From IMG/VR virus record IMGVR_UViG_3300014059_000005, positions 32,001 through 96,000 of that record: a stretch of 64,000 nt of DNA; one strand, given 5' to 3'. Shown one piece after another: positions 1 through 9,428 of the stretch. The notes beneath the pieces are model-generated. The model searched no databases, was not told the origin of the DNA, and was given only the letters and a program-made list of their open reading frames with translations. Source of the stretch: a virus. Lineage: Duplodnaviria > Caudoviricetes. Both the position numbers and the translations under genes were made by a program. Each line of letters opens with the position of its first letter. The stretch's first letter is position 1.

Positions 1-2
1 TC

Positions 3-1055
3 CCCGAGGAAGCGATCGAGCGGATCAAGGCCGACTTCGAGAATGAGCACTACGGCACGGAGAACTGGAGCAAGCTCTACGTCACGGCCCCCGGATCCAA
101 GCTGGAGCCCTTTGGCAATCGACCTATCGATATGGACTTCCAGGGCGGCTGGGAGCAGGTGGCCTCCTTCATCCTGGGTGGTGGCTTTGGTATCACCAAG
201 CCGGCGGCAGGCATGTCCGAGGCTTCGGCCTACGCCAATTTGTTTGCTTCTCTCAAGCAACTGTACTGGCAGACTCTCGATCCCAAGTGCTCCCGCATCG
301 CCAGGAAACTGACCCGATTCCTGGGTCCTTACTTTGGCGATGATCTCATCATCGAGGTCCATTGCAAGCGCATCGACGACCACGAGATCCTCTTTCAGAA
401 GATCGACAAGGCTGTCTCCTCCAAGGCCGTCACCAAGAACGGAGTCCTCAAACTCCTGGATCTACCCGTTACCCAGGAAGAGTGGGGTGATGATATCGCG
501 GGAGATCCCAGTCCCTACGAGAAGGAACAGCAGGAAAAGCAGATGGCCCCCGAGGGCGGTGGTATGCCCGGTATGCCTGGGGGAATGCCAGGCATGGATG
601 CAGGTGCCGCTCCGGCCCCAGGAGCACCTGGAATGCCTGGAGGTCCCCCCGAGGACGAGGTCCCTGCCGCTCTTACTCCCGAGCAGGCCCCCGAGGCCGC
701 AGGGGCAGCAACTCCTACCGCCCCCGGTGAGGAGTCCGATACTCCTTCCATCACCGAGATCCTGGGTCTGGGTGTTCCCGAGACCGAGGGCGATCAGACT
801 TCCGAGGAGCCCAATCCCGAATCCCTGGATCAGCAGTCTCTGGGACACAGGAAGGGACTCTCTAAGAGCCTATCCCCCAGGGATCTGCAAAGAGAACTAC
901 GCAAGAGACAGAAGGCCATTGCTCGGAACTACCACAGGAAGTCCATGTACGAGCAGATGATGAAGGTGCTAGAGTCTGGCCCTGGTGAGAAACACCATAC
1001 CAATGGTCATACCAATGAACATCTGAACGGGAGCACCAATGGCCATGCAAAGTAG
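3..1055 (+). CDS. HK97-family portal protein, 3' part (5' truncated by window), with acidic/Pro-Gly C-terminal extension
   Basis: Frame is open from nt 3: PEEAIERIKADFENEHYGTENWSKLYV...PIDMDF...GITKPAAG..EASAYAN, resembling the HK97 portal C-terminal half. Confidence 0.8.
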   Translation, partial: PEEAIERIKADFENEHYGTENWSKLYVTAPGSKLEPFGNRPIDMDFQGGWEQVASFILGGGFGITKPAAGMSEASAYANLFASLKQLYWQTLDPKCSRIARKLTRFLGPYFGDDLIIEVHCKRIDDHEILFQKIDKAVSSKAVTKNGVLKLLDLPVTQEEWGDDIAGDPSPYEKEQQEKQMAPEGGGMPGMPGGMPGMDAGAAPAPGAPGMPGGPPEDEVPAALTPEQAPEAAGAATPTAPGEESDTPSITEILGLGVPETEGDQTSEEPNPESLDQQSLGHRKGLSKSLSPRDLQRELRKRQKAIARNYHRKSMYEQMMKVLESGPGEKHHTNGHTNEHLNGSTNGHAK

Positions 1056-1722
1056 GATCCAGCAGACACTGCCTGGGGTGATTACTCGCGAGGATGTGTT
1101 CGACGCTCTCCGGGCCACCCGCGATAATTTCAAATCTCTGCTTGATTCCAGGATCGACACCATCGAGGCCGAACTGGGGGTTCGCCTCTCCAAGGTGCTG
1201 GAGAAGCGGTTCGACGATGCCATCCAGGCTGTGGTCCAGGGCCAGCACAATGGCCAGATCAAGGCCCTGGAAGCCTCCTATGGCCGCAAGATCAAGGCCA
1301 TCGAGGAAGCTCATTCCGAACAGTTGAAATCCCTGAAGGCCGAATTACGAAAAACTGTCCAAAATCTCCAGGAACAGTATTCCGAGCAACTCCAGGGACT
1401 CAAGGAATCCTACCAGGAGGCTCTGGGACATCTGCGAACACTCCTGGAGGCCATCCACATCCCCACCCCCCAGGTCTCGGTGACTCTGCCCGAATTGCGC
1501 CCCGAGGTGCTGGTGAGGGTCCCCGAACTCCGGGCACCCGATGTGGTGGTCCATGTTCCCGAACTCCAGGCCCCTGGGATCACGGTCAACGTTCCCGAGT
1601 TGCCGGCTCCGGTGGTCAACGTCGAGGCTGCCAAGAACAAAAAGACTACTAAGCATATCCTTTACGACGAATTTTCACGGCCATCGACTGTGGTGACCGT
1701 ATCCGATGACCCAGAAGAGTAG
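1039..1722 (+). CDS. Coiled-coil protein with C-terminal V-x-V-P-E-L-x-A-P repeats (head-associated hypothetical)
   Basis: 227-aa ORF overlapping the portal stop; heptad coiled coil followed by PEV/PDV/PVV repeats. Confidence 0.7.
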   Translation: MAMQSRIQQTLPGVITREDVFDALRATRDNFKSLLDSRIDTIEAELGVRLSKVLEKRFDDAIQAVVQGQHNGQIKALEASYGRKIKAIEEAHSEQLKSLKAELRKTVQNLQEQYSEQLQGLKESYQEALGHLRTLLEAIHIPTPQVSVTLPELRPEVLVRVPELRAPDVVVHVPELQAPGITVNVPELPAPVVNVEAAKNKKTTKHILYDEFSRPSTVVTVSDDPEE

Positions 1723-2532
1723 CTATCTAGATTTTTGGGAGAGGAGATTCTCGATGGTCCATCCCTTTCTGAGCTTGTACGCCAGAGAAGATGTTGTCAT
1801 CTCTAGAAGCCTTGCCCATTCGGATAGGGATTTTGTTTGTTCATTGCTGGTAATCAATCTGGTGTTTTTCCTTTTTTTGTATCCGATTTTTCGTCTGCTA
1901 TCGGAAGACAGAACCTCATGCAATGGCAATCCCTGCTTTAATCGTGTTTTGATCGTTGTGGGAGACACTTCCAGGAACTCGGACCATTCTGGTACGGTTC
2001 TAGTCACCCCATCAAGGGTCAGTTTCGTGGCTCTGGGTTCTTGTGCTTTTCTGTTGGAGATGTATTTGGTCCTTGCCGGAGCGGTGAGAGCCAACTCCAA
2101 TGGCCATCCTTTGTCTAGCCGCATTGCCAGGTTAGGAGATGCGATTCCAATGCGGTCGGCCCAGTCCTTGAGAACTAGAGTTTCACCGTTGTAGGTGATC
2201 CATCGATTGGTTCTACGATTCCTAGCCTGGTTTTTGGTGACGGTCCAGTGGCAATTACCTTTTTCGTAGTTCCCGTGGTTGTTGATTCGGTCCAGCGAGT
2301 GCCGGTTGCTGGGACGATTTCCCATGTCGCTGAGGAACTCGGCGAACGATTGCTTCCAGGAGTCACAAACACGGATGCCACGATCCCCGTATCGCAAGTA
2401 TTCTGGATGGTCTTTGTTGTAACACCTCTGGATCATATTGGACCAACATCGGTATTCTGGAGATCGAGACATTCCATGCTTCTCTTTTTTCCTGGTCATT
2501 GTTTTTCTTCTCTTAGGTATGGGCGATCTCAA
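1723..2532 (-). CDS. Free-standing HNH-type homing endonuclease with repeated C-terminal DNA-binding modules
   Basis: SPEYRCWSNMIQRC...YGDRGIRVCDSW...SLDRINNHGNYEKGNCHW; three 'L.EWA/S' helix repeats; lower GC; antisense to operon; start may be the second Met. Confidence 0.85.
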   Translation of the reverse strand: MRSPIPKRRKTMTRKKEKHGMSRSPEYRCWSNMIQRCYNKDHPEYLRYGDRGIRVCDSWKQSFAEFLSDMGNRPSNRHSLDRINNHGNYEKGNCHWTVTKNQARNRRTNRWITYNGETLVLKDWADRIGIASPNLAMRLDKGWPLELALTAPARTKYISNRKAQEPRATKLTLDGVTRTVPEWSEFLEVSPTTIKTRLKQGLPLHEVLSSDSRRKIGYKKRKNTRLITSNEQTKSLSEWARLLEMTTSSLAYKLRKGWTIENLLSQKSR

Positions 2533-2661
2533 TATATCACCGCCATGAAATTAGTCAATGATCGTGGGACCGGAATAACCAGTGAAAGTTCTAGCGTCAA
2601 CGAATTTTCACGCCCAGCCGTAATTAGCGAGACTGAAGATCCGGAAGGGGGGAATTAAACC

Positions 2662-4047
2662 GTGCCCAATTCCTACCGGATCGTCACGCAGATCAGGGAT
2701 CAGGACGACTTCACCGGAGCCCTGACCAACGGCTACTTCCTTACCTACTCCAGCGGGACCGGCAAGTTCTCCCTGGCTGCGGTGTCGCCGGGGGGATCGT
2801 CGGGAGAATTCCAGTACAACAATGCCGGGGCGTTTGGTGGCACATCGCTCGTCACCTATTCCGCCGCGAGTAGTGGAACCGCCGTCACGATCCAGGCCGC
2901 GACATCGGGCGTTGGGCTCACGGTCAAGGCTGCCGCGACGACGCCGGGGAACATTGCCAACTTCGCGAACAGCAGCGGGACGGCATTAGCGAGCTTTAGT
3001 TCGTCTGGATATCTGAGGGTGGGAGTTTCGGCAACGTCCCCGATTCATGTGTCGGGTCCGGCGTCGTCGTCCACGCTCCCATTCGTGAAGATAACGGGGA
3101 CTTCCGGGACCGGCTTGCAGTATGCAATCGATGCCTCGGTGACAATCGGATCAGGGTCGAATCAAACAGGTGCGGCCGCAATTCTTGGCACTATGGCAGG
3201 AGCCAACAACCAGAACGGTAGTGTTTTCGGTGTCGCTGGCTACGTTACCGGAAGTGCCAACGCATCGGGCATAGGGGTTGTCGGTAATGCTGGCGTCAAT
3301 GCTGGGGGCAAGGGGCTAATTGGTGTGCTTGGTGCGGCATCGGCCCAGAATGGCAATGATAGTTCTACTGACCTCTACGGTGGGGTGTTCGAGGGCGGAA
3401 GCAACTCGAACACCGGCCAAATGGTCGTGGGTGTTCTGGGGCAGGCCAGGTCGGGGGCAACCAGTTACTATGCCGGATTCTTCCGGCTGTCTACCAGCGG
3501 GCCTTCCGGGTATACGAACAGCAGACCCACCAGACCGACTTCCGGGGCAGCCGCCCTCGCCGCAGACAACGGCAGTTCCACCGCCGACATCTTCAGGCTT
3601 TTGGACAACGGCACGACTACATTCAGTGTGGCGGACGGTGGAACCGCCTCCATCTTGCTTGGAAATGCGGCCAGCATCGGCTGTGTCGTGGCAGGTACTA
3701 CCTCCCAGTCCGCCCCCCTCCTCCAACTCCAGGGCACATCCTCCACCACCGCAGGTACGGCGCAGGCCGAGGTGGATACCGCCTGGGTTGACTCAACGCA
3801 TGCCACCAGAAAAGCCAGACTCATTCTCAGGGCCTACGACACCGCCGCAAGGGAGACAGCCAGAGGGTGGGCAGATGGGACCTATGGTAGGTTCGCCGTG
3901 TCTGCCCCGAACGCCGCACCCACCGACGCCCAGATCGGTGCCGCACAGGTCTCCTTCTATCTCGACGAAGGGGGCAACAATCTCATCTTCCGTGTGTGCT
4001 ACACGGACGGAACCACTTACAAGTCAGGAACGGTCGCCCTTGTTTGA
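2662..4047 (+). CDS. Tail fibre/spike-like virion protein (Gly/Ser/Ala/Thr-rich beta repeats)
   Basis: GGSSGEFQYNNAGAFGG motif and GVxG repeats typical of phage fibres. Confidence 0.65.
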   Translation: MPNSYRIVTQIRDQDDFTGALTNGYFLTYSSGTGKFSLAAVSPGGSSGEFQYNNAGAFGGTSLVTYSAASSGTAVTIQAATSGVGLTVKAAATTPGNIANFANSSGTALASFSSSGYLRVGVSATSPIHVSGPASSSTLPFVKITGTSGTGLQYAIDASVTIGSGSNQTGAAAILGTMAGANNQNGSVFGVAGYVTGSANASGIGVVGNAGVNAGGKGLIGVLGAASAQNGNDSSTDLYGGVFEGGSNSNTGQMVVGVLGQARSGATSYYAGFFRLSTSGPSGYTNSRPTRPTSGAAALAADNGSSTADIFRLLDNGTTTFSVADGGTASILLGNAASIGCVVAGTTSQSAPLLQLQGTSSTTAGTAQAEVDTAWVDSTHATRKARLILRAYDTAARETARGWADGTYGRFAVSAPNAAPTDAQIGAAQVSFYLDEGGNNLIFRVCYTDGTTYKSGTVALV

Positions 4048-4071
4048 TCCCTTACCCGATAGGAGTGTCTC

Positions 4072-4329
4072 ATGAGCGCTTCGAGAGAGCAGGACTTCAT
4101 CACGCTGGTTCGGCAGTACAACAAGGCGGTCTGGGACGGCATCCTGGCCCTCAAGGCCATGCAAAGCGAGTACAACGCCCTGGACTATGGCACCACCCTC
4201 GACGACGGTACGGGAGCTAATTCCGGCATCACCAAGGCGGACGTCGGGGCAGTGGTATTCGACACCACCAACGCCTTCATCACCTTGTTGGGAACCGGCC
4301 ACGCCACGAACATGGCCAAGTTGCTGTAA
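4072..4329 (+). CDS. Hypothetical protein (fibre-associated)
   Basis: 85-aa ORF with AGGAG RBS. Confidence 0.7.
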   Translation: MSASREQDFITLVRQYNKAVWDGILALKAMQSEYNALDYGTTLDDGTGANSGITKADVGAVVFDTTNAFITLLGTGHATNMAKLL

Positions 4330-4371
4330 GATCCCACAAGAGATTCCAGGAGGCCCCCCAAGAGAGGAACC

Positions 4372-4638
4372 ATGAGCAGCTCTGCGATGATGGAAATGGT
4401 CAAGAACGTGACCCGTTACACCGACGGCGTGGAGGACGAAGTCTCCGACCACACCGAACTCACGCAGGAGGAGATCCGGACCCTCCTCCAGAAGGACCAG
4501 GAGAAGAGAGTCCAGCAGTGCGGCAAGGAGTTGAACGAACTCCTCCAGAGGCTCAACTGCAAACTCACCGTCCGGCAGATGTGGACGGACGGCATCCCCG
4601 ATGGCAAGGCGTCGATCGTGATCCTCGCCAACGACTGA
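4372..4638 (+). CDS. Hypothetical protein
   Basis: 88-aa ORF with GAGG RBS. Confidence 0.65.
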   Translation: MSSSAMMEMVKNVTRYTDGVEDEVSDHTELTQEEIRTLLQKDQEKRVQQCGKELNELLQRLNCKLTVRQMWTDGIPDGKASIVILAND

Positions 4639-4690
4639 GTCAAAGGTCTCCGAGGCAGGATACTCGAAGTAAGAATCCCCGAGGTGAGAT

Positions 4691-5245
4691 GTGGGTTTTG
4701 CACTCGATTACGCCCTGTCCCTGGGTGCTGGCAGATCAGGACTTACTGATCTGCAAGCCCTCATCGTGTCCTCCTCCGGGACCGCCGTCAGTGGTGTGAT
4801 CTCGGGTGGATTCACCGCGTTTGGTGGGGGTTTCTATCTCTGGCACTATGATCTGTTTCCCGACAACTTCCGGGGGGCGGTCTACTTCTGGTCTGCCGCC
4901 ACCTCGGGGACCCTTCTGTCTTTGAATGCCATCAACCCCCAGGAGACGGGCAACCTCTCTTCGGGCAGTATCACCGCCAATACCTATGCCTCGGGAGTCC
5001 TGACCAGCTATATCCCCTCCCAGGTGCTCACCTACGATTACTCCTATCTCTCTGGCAATATCGCCTCGGGCAACCTGGGTAGGAATCTCCTCAACGCCAC
5101 CCGTAAGCTCATCAATCGCTTCTCGCTGGTCTCTTCGAGCGGCTATCTCGATGTCTACCAGGAGGACGATAGTACGATCGCCTATCAGCAGGCGGTAGGT
5201 GTTACTAGTGGGGCACCTCCCATCACCAGCATGGACACGAGGTGA
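4691..5245 (+). CDS. Ser-Gly-rich virion protein, paralogue of 5832-6683
   Basis: Shares C-terminal NTYASGVL...LLNATRKL.N.FS...SGYL.VYQEDD...TS.DTR with 5832-6683. Confidence 0.7.
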   Translation: MGFALDYALSLGAGRSGLTDLQALIVSSSGTAVSGVISGGFTAFGGGFYLWHYDLFPDNFRGAVYFWSAATSGTLLSLNAINPQETGNLSSGSITANTYASGVLTSYIPSQVLTYDYSYLSGNIASGNLGRNLLNATRKLINRFSLVSSSGYLDVYQEDDSTIAYQQAVGVTSGAPPITSMDTR

Positions 5246-5248
5246 TGC

Positions 5249-5821
5249 ATGGCGTCTCAAGGACCCAGTAATGGAGGTGCGGCAACCAGCACATCGGTGC
5301 CCGTAGGGGAGTTCGACTGGATCAACCCAAATAATGTACTTACTCCCGATGGTGCTGGCACCACGGCCACAGCACCACGAGATGATGTCATCTCCAATGC
5401 CCTGGACGTGACCGGGTTCGGCTTCACGATCCCCAATGGGTCCTCCATCGATGGGATCGAGTTGGTGTTGACCAAGAAGGAGTCGGGATCGGCCGTTACG
5501 GATTGGGTGGTTCAGTTGTTGGATGCCGGAGCCCCTGTGGGCGACAACAAGATGGATTTTGGCAACGAGTGGTCAACTACCTACAACGCTCATCCTTATG
5601 GGGCAAGTAATGACACCTGGGGGTATGCCTGGACCCCGGCCAAGATCAATGCTTCTGGGTTCGGAATCCGCGTCGAATGCCATATCGCCATCGAAGCAGA
5701 AATTGCCTACATCGACGCCGCCCAGTTGACTGTTACCTACACCGAGGGAGCAGTCACCCATACGATGATTGCCCCTTTTACCATCAACGCCAATCGAATC
5801 GTGGGAACAGGATGCCTCTAG
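5249..5821 (+). CDS. Beta-sandwich virion protein (hypothetical)
   Basis: GFGFTIPNGSSIDGIE...YGASNDTWG...SGFG pattern seen in phage structural proteins. Confidence 0.65.
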   Translation: MASQGPSNGGAATSTSVPVGEFDWINPNNVLTPDGAGTTATAPRDDVISNALDVTGFGFTIPNGSSIDGIELVLTKKESGSAVTDWVVQLLDAGAPVGDNKMDFGNEWSTTYNAHPYGASNDTWGYAWTPAKINASGFGIRVECHIAIEAEIAYIDAAQLTVTYTEGAVTHTMIAPFTINANRIVGTGCL

Positions 5822-5831
5822 GGAGACCGAG

Positions 5832-6683
5832 ATGTTCGACCGTGCAAGATCGGGGCAGACTGTATACTTCACGATGGTTTCTGCCTTGAGCGGAAATCCG
5901 GTAGCAGGTATTGCCTCGGGCAATATCTCGGGACGACGGTGTATCGATGGTGGTGCCCAGACCGTCTGCTCAGGGCCAGTTATCGACGATGGGGGTGGAC
6001 AGTACCATCTCAACGGCTTTGCCCTCGATTTCGATGGCAACAATATCGGCTTCTATTTCACGGCCTCCGGCTGTGTCCCCGTATCCCTCATGGGGATTAC
6101 CCAGCAGAACGTCTCAGGCAAGCTCTATCCTGCCAGTGGTGCCTACATCGCTAGTGGGATCAATACCACGGTTCCAACCTCCAGTATATCGGGGACGGTA
6201 TTCGCCTCCGGTGGCAACGTGACGGTTCCGATCTCCAGTATCTCGGGAGTCGTCCCGGTCTCGGGAGCCACGGTTACGGTTCCGATTGCTAGTATTTCTG
6301 GTACGGTATTCGCCTCGGGTGGGAATGTCATCGTACCAATAGCAAGCATCTCCGGGGTGCAGATCGCTTCGGGGTCCTCCACCATCGGGACTCTGTTCTC
6401 GGGGACCGTCTCCACCAATACCTACGCCTCTGGTGTGCTCTCCTACACGATCCCCAGGAATACACTCCTGTTCGACTATACCAATCTCTCGGGCAACGTG
6501 GCCTCCGGGATCTCGGGGCGGTGTCTTCTCAACGCTACCCGCAAGCTCATGAACAAGTTCTCCTTCACCGATGTTTCTGGCTACCTCTCGGTCTATCAGG
6601 AGGACGACGCTCTGCTGGCCTTCCAGCAAGCAACCACATCGGCCAGTGGGGCAACACCTGTAACATCTTTGGATACCCGATGA
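5832..6683 (+). CDS. Ser-Gly-rich virion protein with VTVPIASISG repeats
   Basis: ATG at 5832 after GGGAG; four ~19-aa internal repeats; C-terminus paralogous to 4691-5245. Confidence 0.7.
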   Translation: MFDRARSGQTVYFTMVSALSGNPVAGIASGNISGRRCIDGGAQTVCSGPVIDDGGGQYHLNGFALDFDGNNIGFYFTASGCVPVSLMGITQQNVSGKLYPASGAYIASGINTTVPTSSISGTVFASGGNVTVPISSISGVVPVSGATVTVPIASISGTVFASGGNVIVPIASISGVQIASGSSTIGTLFSGTVSTNTYASGVLSYTIPRNTLLFDYTNLSGNVASGISGRCLLNATRKLMNKFSFTDVSGYLSVYQEDDALLAFQQATTSASGATPVTSLDTR

Positions 6684-6692
6684 GAGGGAATC

Positions 6693-7142
6693 ATGACTAT
6701 AGGCTATTCTGGACTGCGAAATGAACTACTCACCGATCCCTTGAATGTAGGGTACGCGAGTTACATTTCTGGAGCACATCCGGGCAACGATCGTATGTTG
6801 GCCGATCTGGTCAACTCCGTGCAATCCGGGTCCAATGTGTTCCGTGATGACATTACTCCCAAGGAAGTGATCCAGAGGATCCTTCCAGCGGATTTCGCCG
6901 GGATGTCCCAGATCCAACTTTCCCGATTGAATGTGTTGTTCCAGTCGGCACCGATCGACACCACAATCCCCAATATTCGGCAATCGTTCATGGCGGTATT
7001 TTCAGGAGGTAGCTATTCTGGCACCATCAACTCTCTGAACCAGATGTCTCGAAGGGAGGGGACCCGAGCGGAAGTCCTGTTCGGTGCCAATACCGTGGTC
7101 GGGCAGGGCGATATTTCTTTCGCCCTGCGGGGGGTAAAGTGA
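6693..7142 (+). CDS. Hypothetical virion protein
   Basis: 149-aa ORF with GAGGG RBS; LRNELLTDP..GY and RAEVLFG motifs. Confidence 0.65.
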   Translation: MTIGYSGLRNELLTDPLNVGYASYISGAHPGNDRMLADLVNSVQSGSNVFRDDITPKEVIQRILPADFAGMSQIQLSRLNVLFQSAPIDTTIPNIRQSFMAVFSGGSYSGTINSLNQMSRREGTRAEVLFGANTVVGQGDISFALRGVK

Positions 7143-7143
7143 C

Positions 7144-7587
7144 ATGCCGCAAACGGTCAACTATATCCAGAGTGGGGCAATCACCGTTCTCATGTCTGGG
7201 GAGTTGGATTCCCTGGCCAACAACGGGACAGCCGCCTCTCTGGTGGATTTCAACAACGCCTCGGGCTATCCCCTGGCGTACATCGAATTCACGGGTCCTC
7301 CCCGGTCATATACCGCCAGCACGGGCCTGTCCGTGTGGTTCTTGCAGGCGTTCACCTCGGGGCAGTACGAGGATGGGTCATTGACCACCTCGGGTATGGC
7401 CAATCGACTACCAAACATCACCATTCCGTTCAATTCTGGTAGCCAGCGGGTGATCCGGCAGTGTCAGATCCCCAACCAGTGGTTCCGCACTCTGGTGAGC
7501 AATGCCGGTACTGGGGTGGCTCTGGGAACCTCTGGTAATATTCTTCGTATCTACCCTCTGACCTATCAGATTTCTTCCGGAGCGTAA
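7144..7587 (+). CDS. Hypothetical virion protein
   Basis: 147-aa ORF tightly packed in the operon; ELDSLAN motif. Confidence 0.65.
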   Translation: MPQTVNYIQSGAITVLMSGELDSLANNGTAASLVDFNNASGYPLAYIEFTGPPRSYTASTGLSVWFLQAFTSGQYEDGSLTTSGMANRLPNITIPFNSGSQRVIRQCQIPNQWFRTLVSNAGTGVALGTSGNILRIYPLTYQISSGA

Positions 7588-8799
7588 ATGCTGCTGGCTC
7601 CCGGTATCGAATCTTGCGATCTGGGGTTCCTGGATTTGATGAATCCAGTGAACGTCAACTCATCTCTGAACCAGGGGTTGGTTTCCCGTTGGCAGGTCGT
7701 TCCTGGTCTGGAGGGGACCAATTTCTGGTATGACCTGTGCGGGAGAAATAAGGGCACGCTGACAAACGGGCCGACGTGGGACGGGGCGACAGGTCGGCAG
7801 GGTGGTTCAGGGTCGGTCAGGTTCGACGGGTCGAACGACCGCGTACAACTGGCGTCGGCGTCCTACTCCGGGGCACAGGGATCGGTGAGTGCCTGGGTGC
7901 GCCCTTCCGGGGTAACATCGGGGACGCTCGCGGCGTTCTTCGGCGTGGGGGGTTCCGGGACGGGGCAATGGATCCTGTCCCTGCGCCCCAGCGGGAGTTT
8001 GTACCGGCTGGAGTTCTACCAGAAGTCCGACGCGGCAGGAACGACCAACTTCCTCATCAACGCCGGCAACTACACCTACCCCGACGGGGCGTGGATTCAC
8101 CTGACGGTCACGGCGAACGGCTCGGCGTGGAACCTGTACGAGAACGGCAAGATACAGCCCGGCGCCTGGATCGTGGTGACGGGGTCGAACGCCGGGACGT
8201 GGATCGGATCGACCACGATAGCCTCGGCAGTCGCGACGGTCGGATCGACCTATGTGAGCGGATCGTATTTGTACCCCTTCAAGGGGGTCCTCGACGATGT
8301 TCGGGTCTGGGAACGCGCCCTGTCCTCCGGCGAGGCGAAAGCCGTCTATGAGGACTCGCGGGCGGGAAGCCCGCAGACGCTGAACTGGATCAGTCCCTAC
8401 TACGTTCCCAGGCAGTTAACGGCCCAGGAGCCAGTCCCCGGCGATGTGTATGGATTGTTTGGTGGCGGAGACTTTACCGGCATCCAGATGGGTGTCCCGC
8501 CCGAAGCCATCGCTGCTGTTGGCGGCTACCAGGGTCTTTTGGACTTCATCGGTATTCCTTATGGATTACCCTCTCAGATCACACCCTCCGCAGGCAACCA
8601 GGCGGCAGCCCGGAGGAGATTCTATCGCCATGTAGTCATGCACCAGACCTATCGGAGTATTCTCGATCACAGTAGGATGACCGAAGTTGCGCACCTGGCA
8701 CTGGTAAACCGTATCGCGAACCAGTGGAACGAGTACCAGGCACAACTGGCGAGGTCCAGGGAAATCGCCATTTTTGCGACCTTACTGTCGGAGGTCTAA
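7588..8799 (+). CDS. LamG/concanavalin A-like domain virion protein
   Basis: FDGSNDRV...SVSAWVRP...WIHLTVT...LYENG...FKGVLDDVRVWERALS LamG_3 signature. Confidence 0.85.
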   Translation: MLLAPGIESCDLGFLDLMNPVNVNSSLNQGLVSRWQVVPGLEGTNFWYDLCGRNKGTLTNGPTWDGATGRQGGSGSVRFDGSNDRVQLASASYSGAQGSVSAWVRPSGVTSGTLAAFFGVGGSGTGQWILSLRPSGSLYRLEFYQKSDAAGTTNFLINAGNYTYPDGAWIHLTVTANGSAWNLYENGKIQPGAWIVVTGSNAGTWIGSTTIASAVATVGSTYVSGSYLYPFKGVLDDVRVWERALSSGEAKAVYEDSRAGSPQTLNWISPYYVPRQLTAQEPVPGDVYGLFGGGDFTGIQMGVPPEAIAAVGGYQGLLDFIGIPYGLPSQITPSAGNQAAARRRFYRHVVMHQTYRSILDHSRMTEVAHLALVNRIANQWNEYQAQLARSREIAIFATLLSEV

Positions 8800-9143
8800 T
8801 GCCTAGTGTCATCGTCTCCGCAGCCTCCGGCTCGCCCTTCCCCTTGGTATCGGGGAACTTCTGGAGTGGAAATACTTCACTGCATCCCTATGGCGGGGTG
8901 CAACTGAAGGCTAGCCCCCTGAACTCGGGGCATGTCTACGTTTCCCTCTCCGGAGGCGGGACCATCACCTCGGGTAGCTATTTCCTCTCGGGAGTCAACA
9001 CCACCGATGGGATGTTCCTGGCACCAGGCGACACCTACTTCGTCCCCAAGTTGGCGATGGCCTCTGGTGGTTATTTCAACCTGTTCGTGACCTGTGACGC
9101 AGCGGCATCCGGTCAGGGACGTTTGTTCTACGAGGTGTTCTAA
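8799..9143 (+). CDS. Ser-Gly-rich small virion protein
   Basis: TAATG coupling with the upstream gene; GVQLKASPLNSGHVYV...G..LAPGD motif. Confidence 0.65.
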   Translation: MPSVIVSAASGSPFPLVSGNFWSGNTSLHPYGGVQLKASPLNSGHVYVSLSGGGTITSGSYFLSGVNTTDGMFLAPGDTYFVPKLAMASGGYFNLFVTCDAAASGQGRLFYEVF

Positions 9144-9167
9144 CCCTCCGATATTTAGGAGAGACCT

Positions 9168-9416
9168 ATGCAAGTTCTTACACCGCTTCCGTTACCATCC
9201 GCCAATATGGTTTCCATGAATTCGCTCAAAGTTGGAGATGGATTTCTTCGTGTTGGGGGTACTCCCCCAACAACCACGGATAATTTCTGGATCCTGGCCA
9301 GGATCGACGCTAACAAGAACATCGATATGTTCAACCCAGTGGATGGGAGTTATATCACTGGAGTTGCTGGAAATTCTCCCTGTGTGCCGCTTCCCTGTCG
9401 AATCGTCCCCATTTGA
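9168..9416 (+). CDS. Hypothetical protein
   Basis: 82-aa ORF with AGGAG RBS. Confidence 0.55.
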   Translation: MQVLTPLPLPSANMVSMNSLKVGDGFLRVGGTPPTTTDNFWILARIDANKNIDMFNPVDGSYITGVAGNSPCVPLPCRIVPI

Positions 9417-9428
9417 TGCCGTGGCTAG

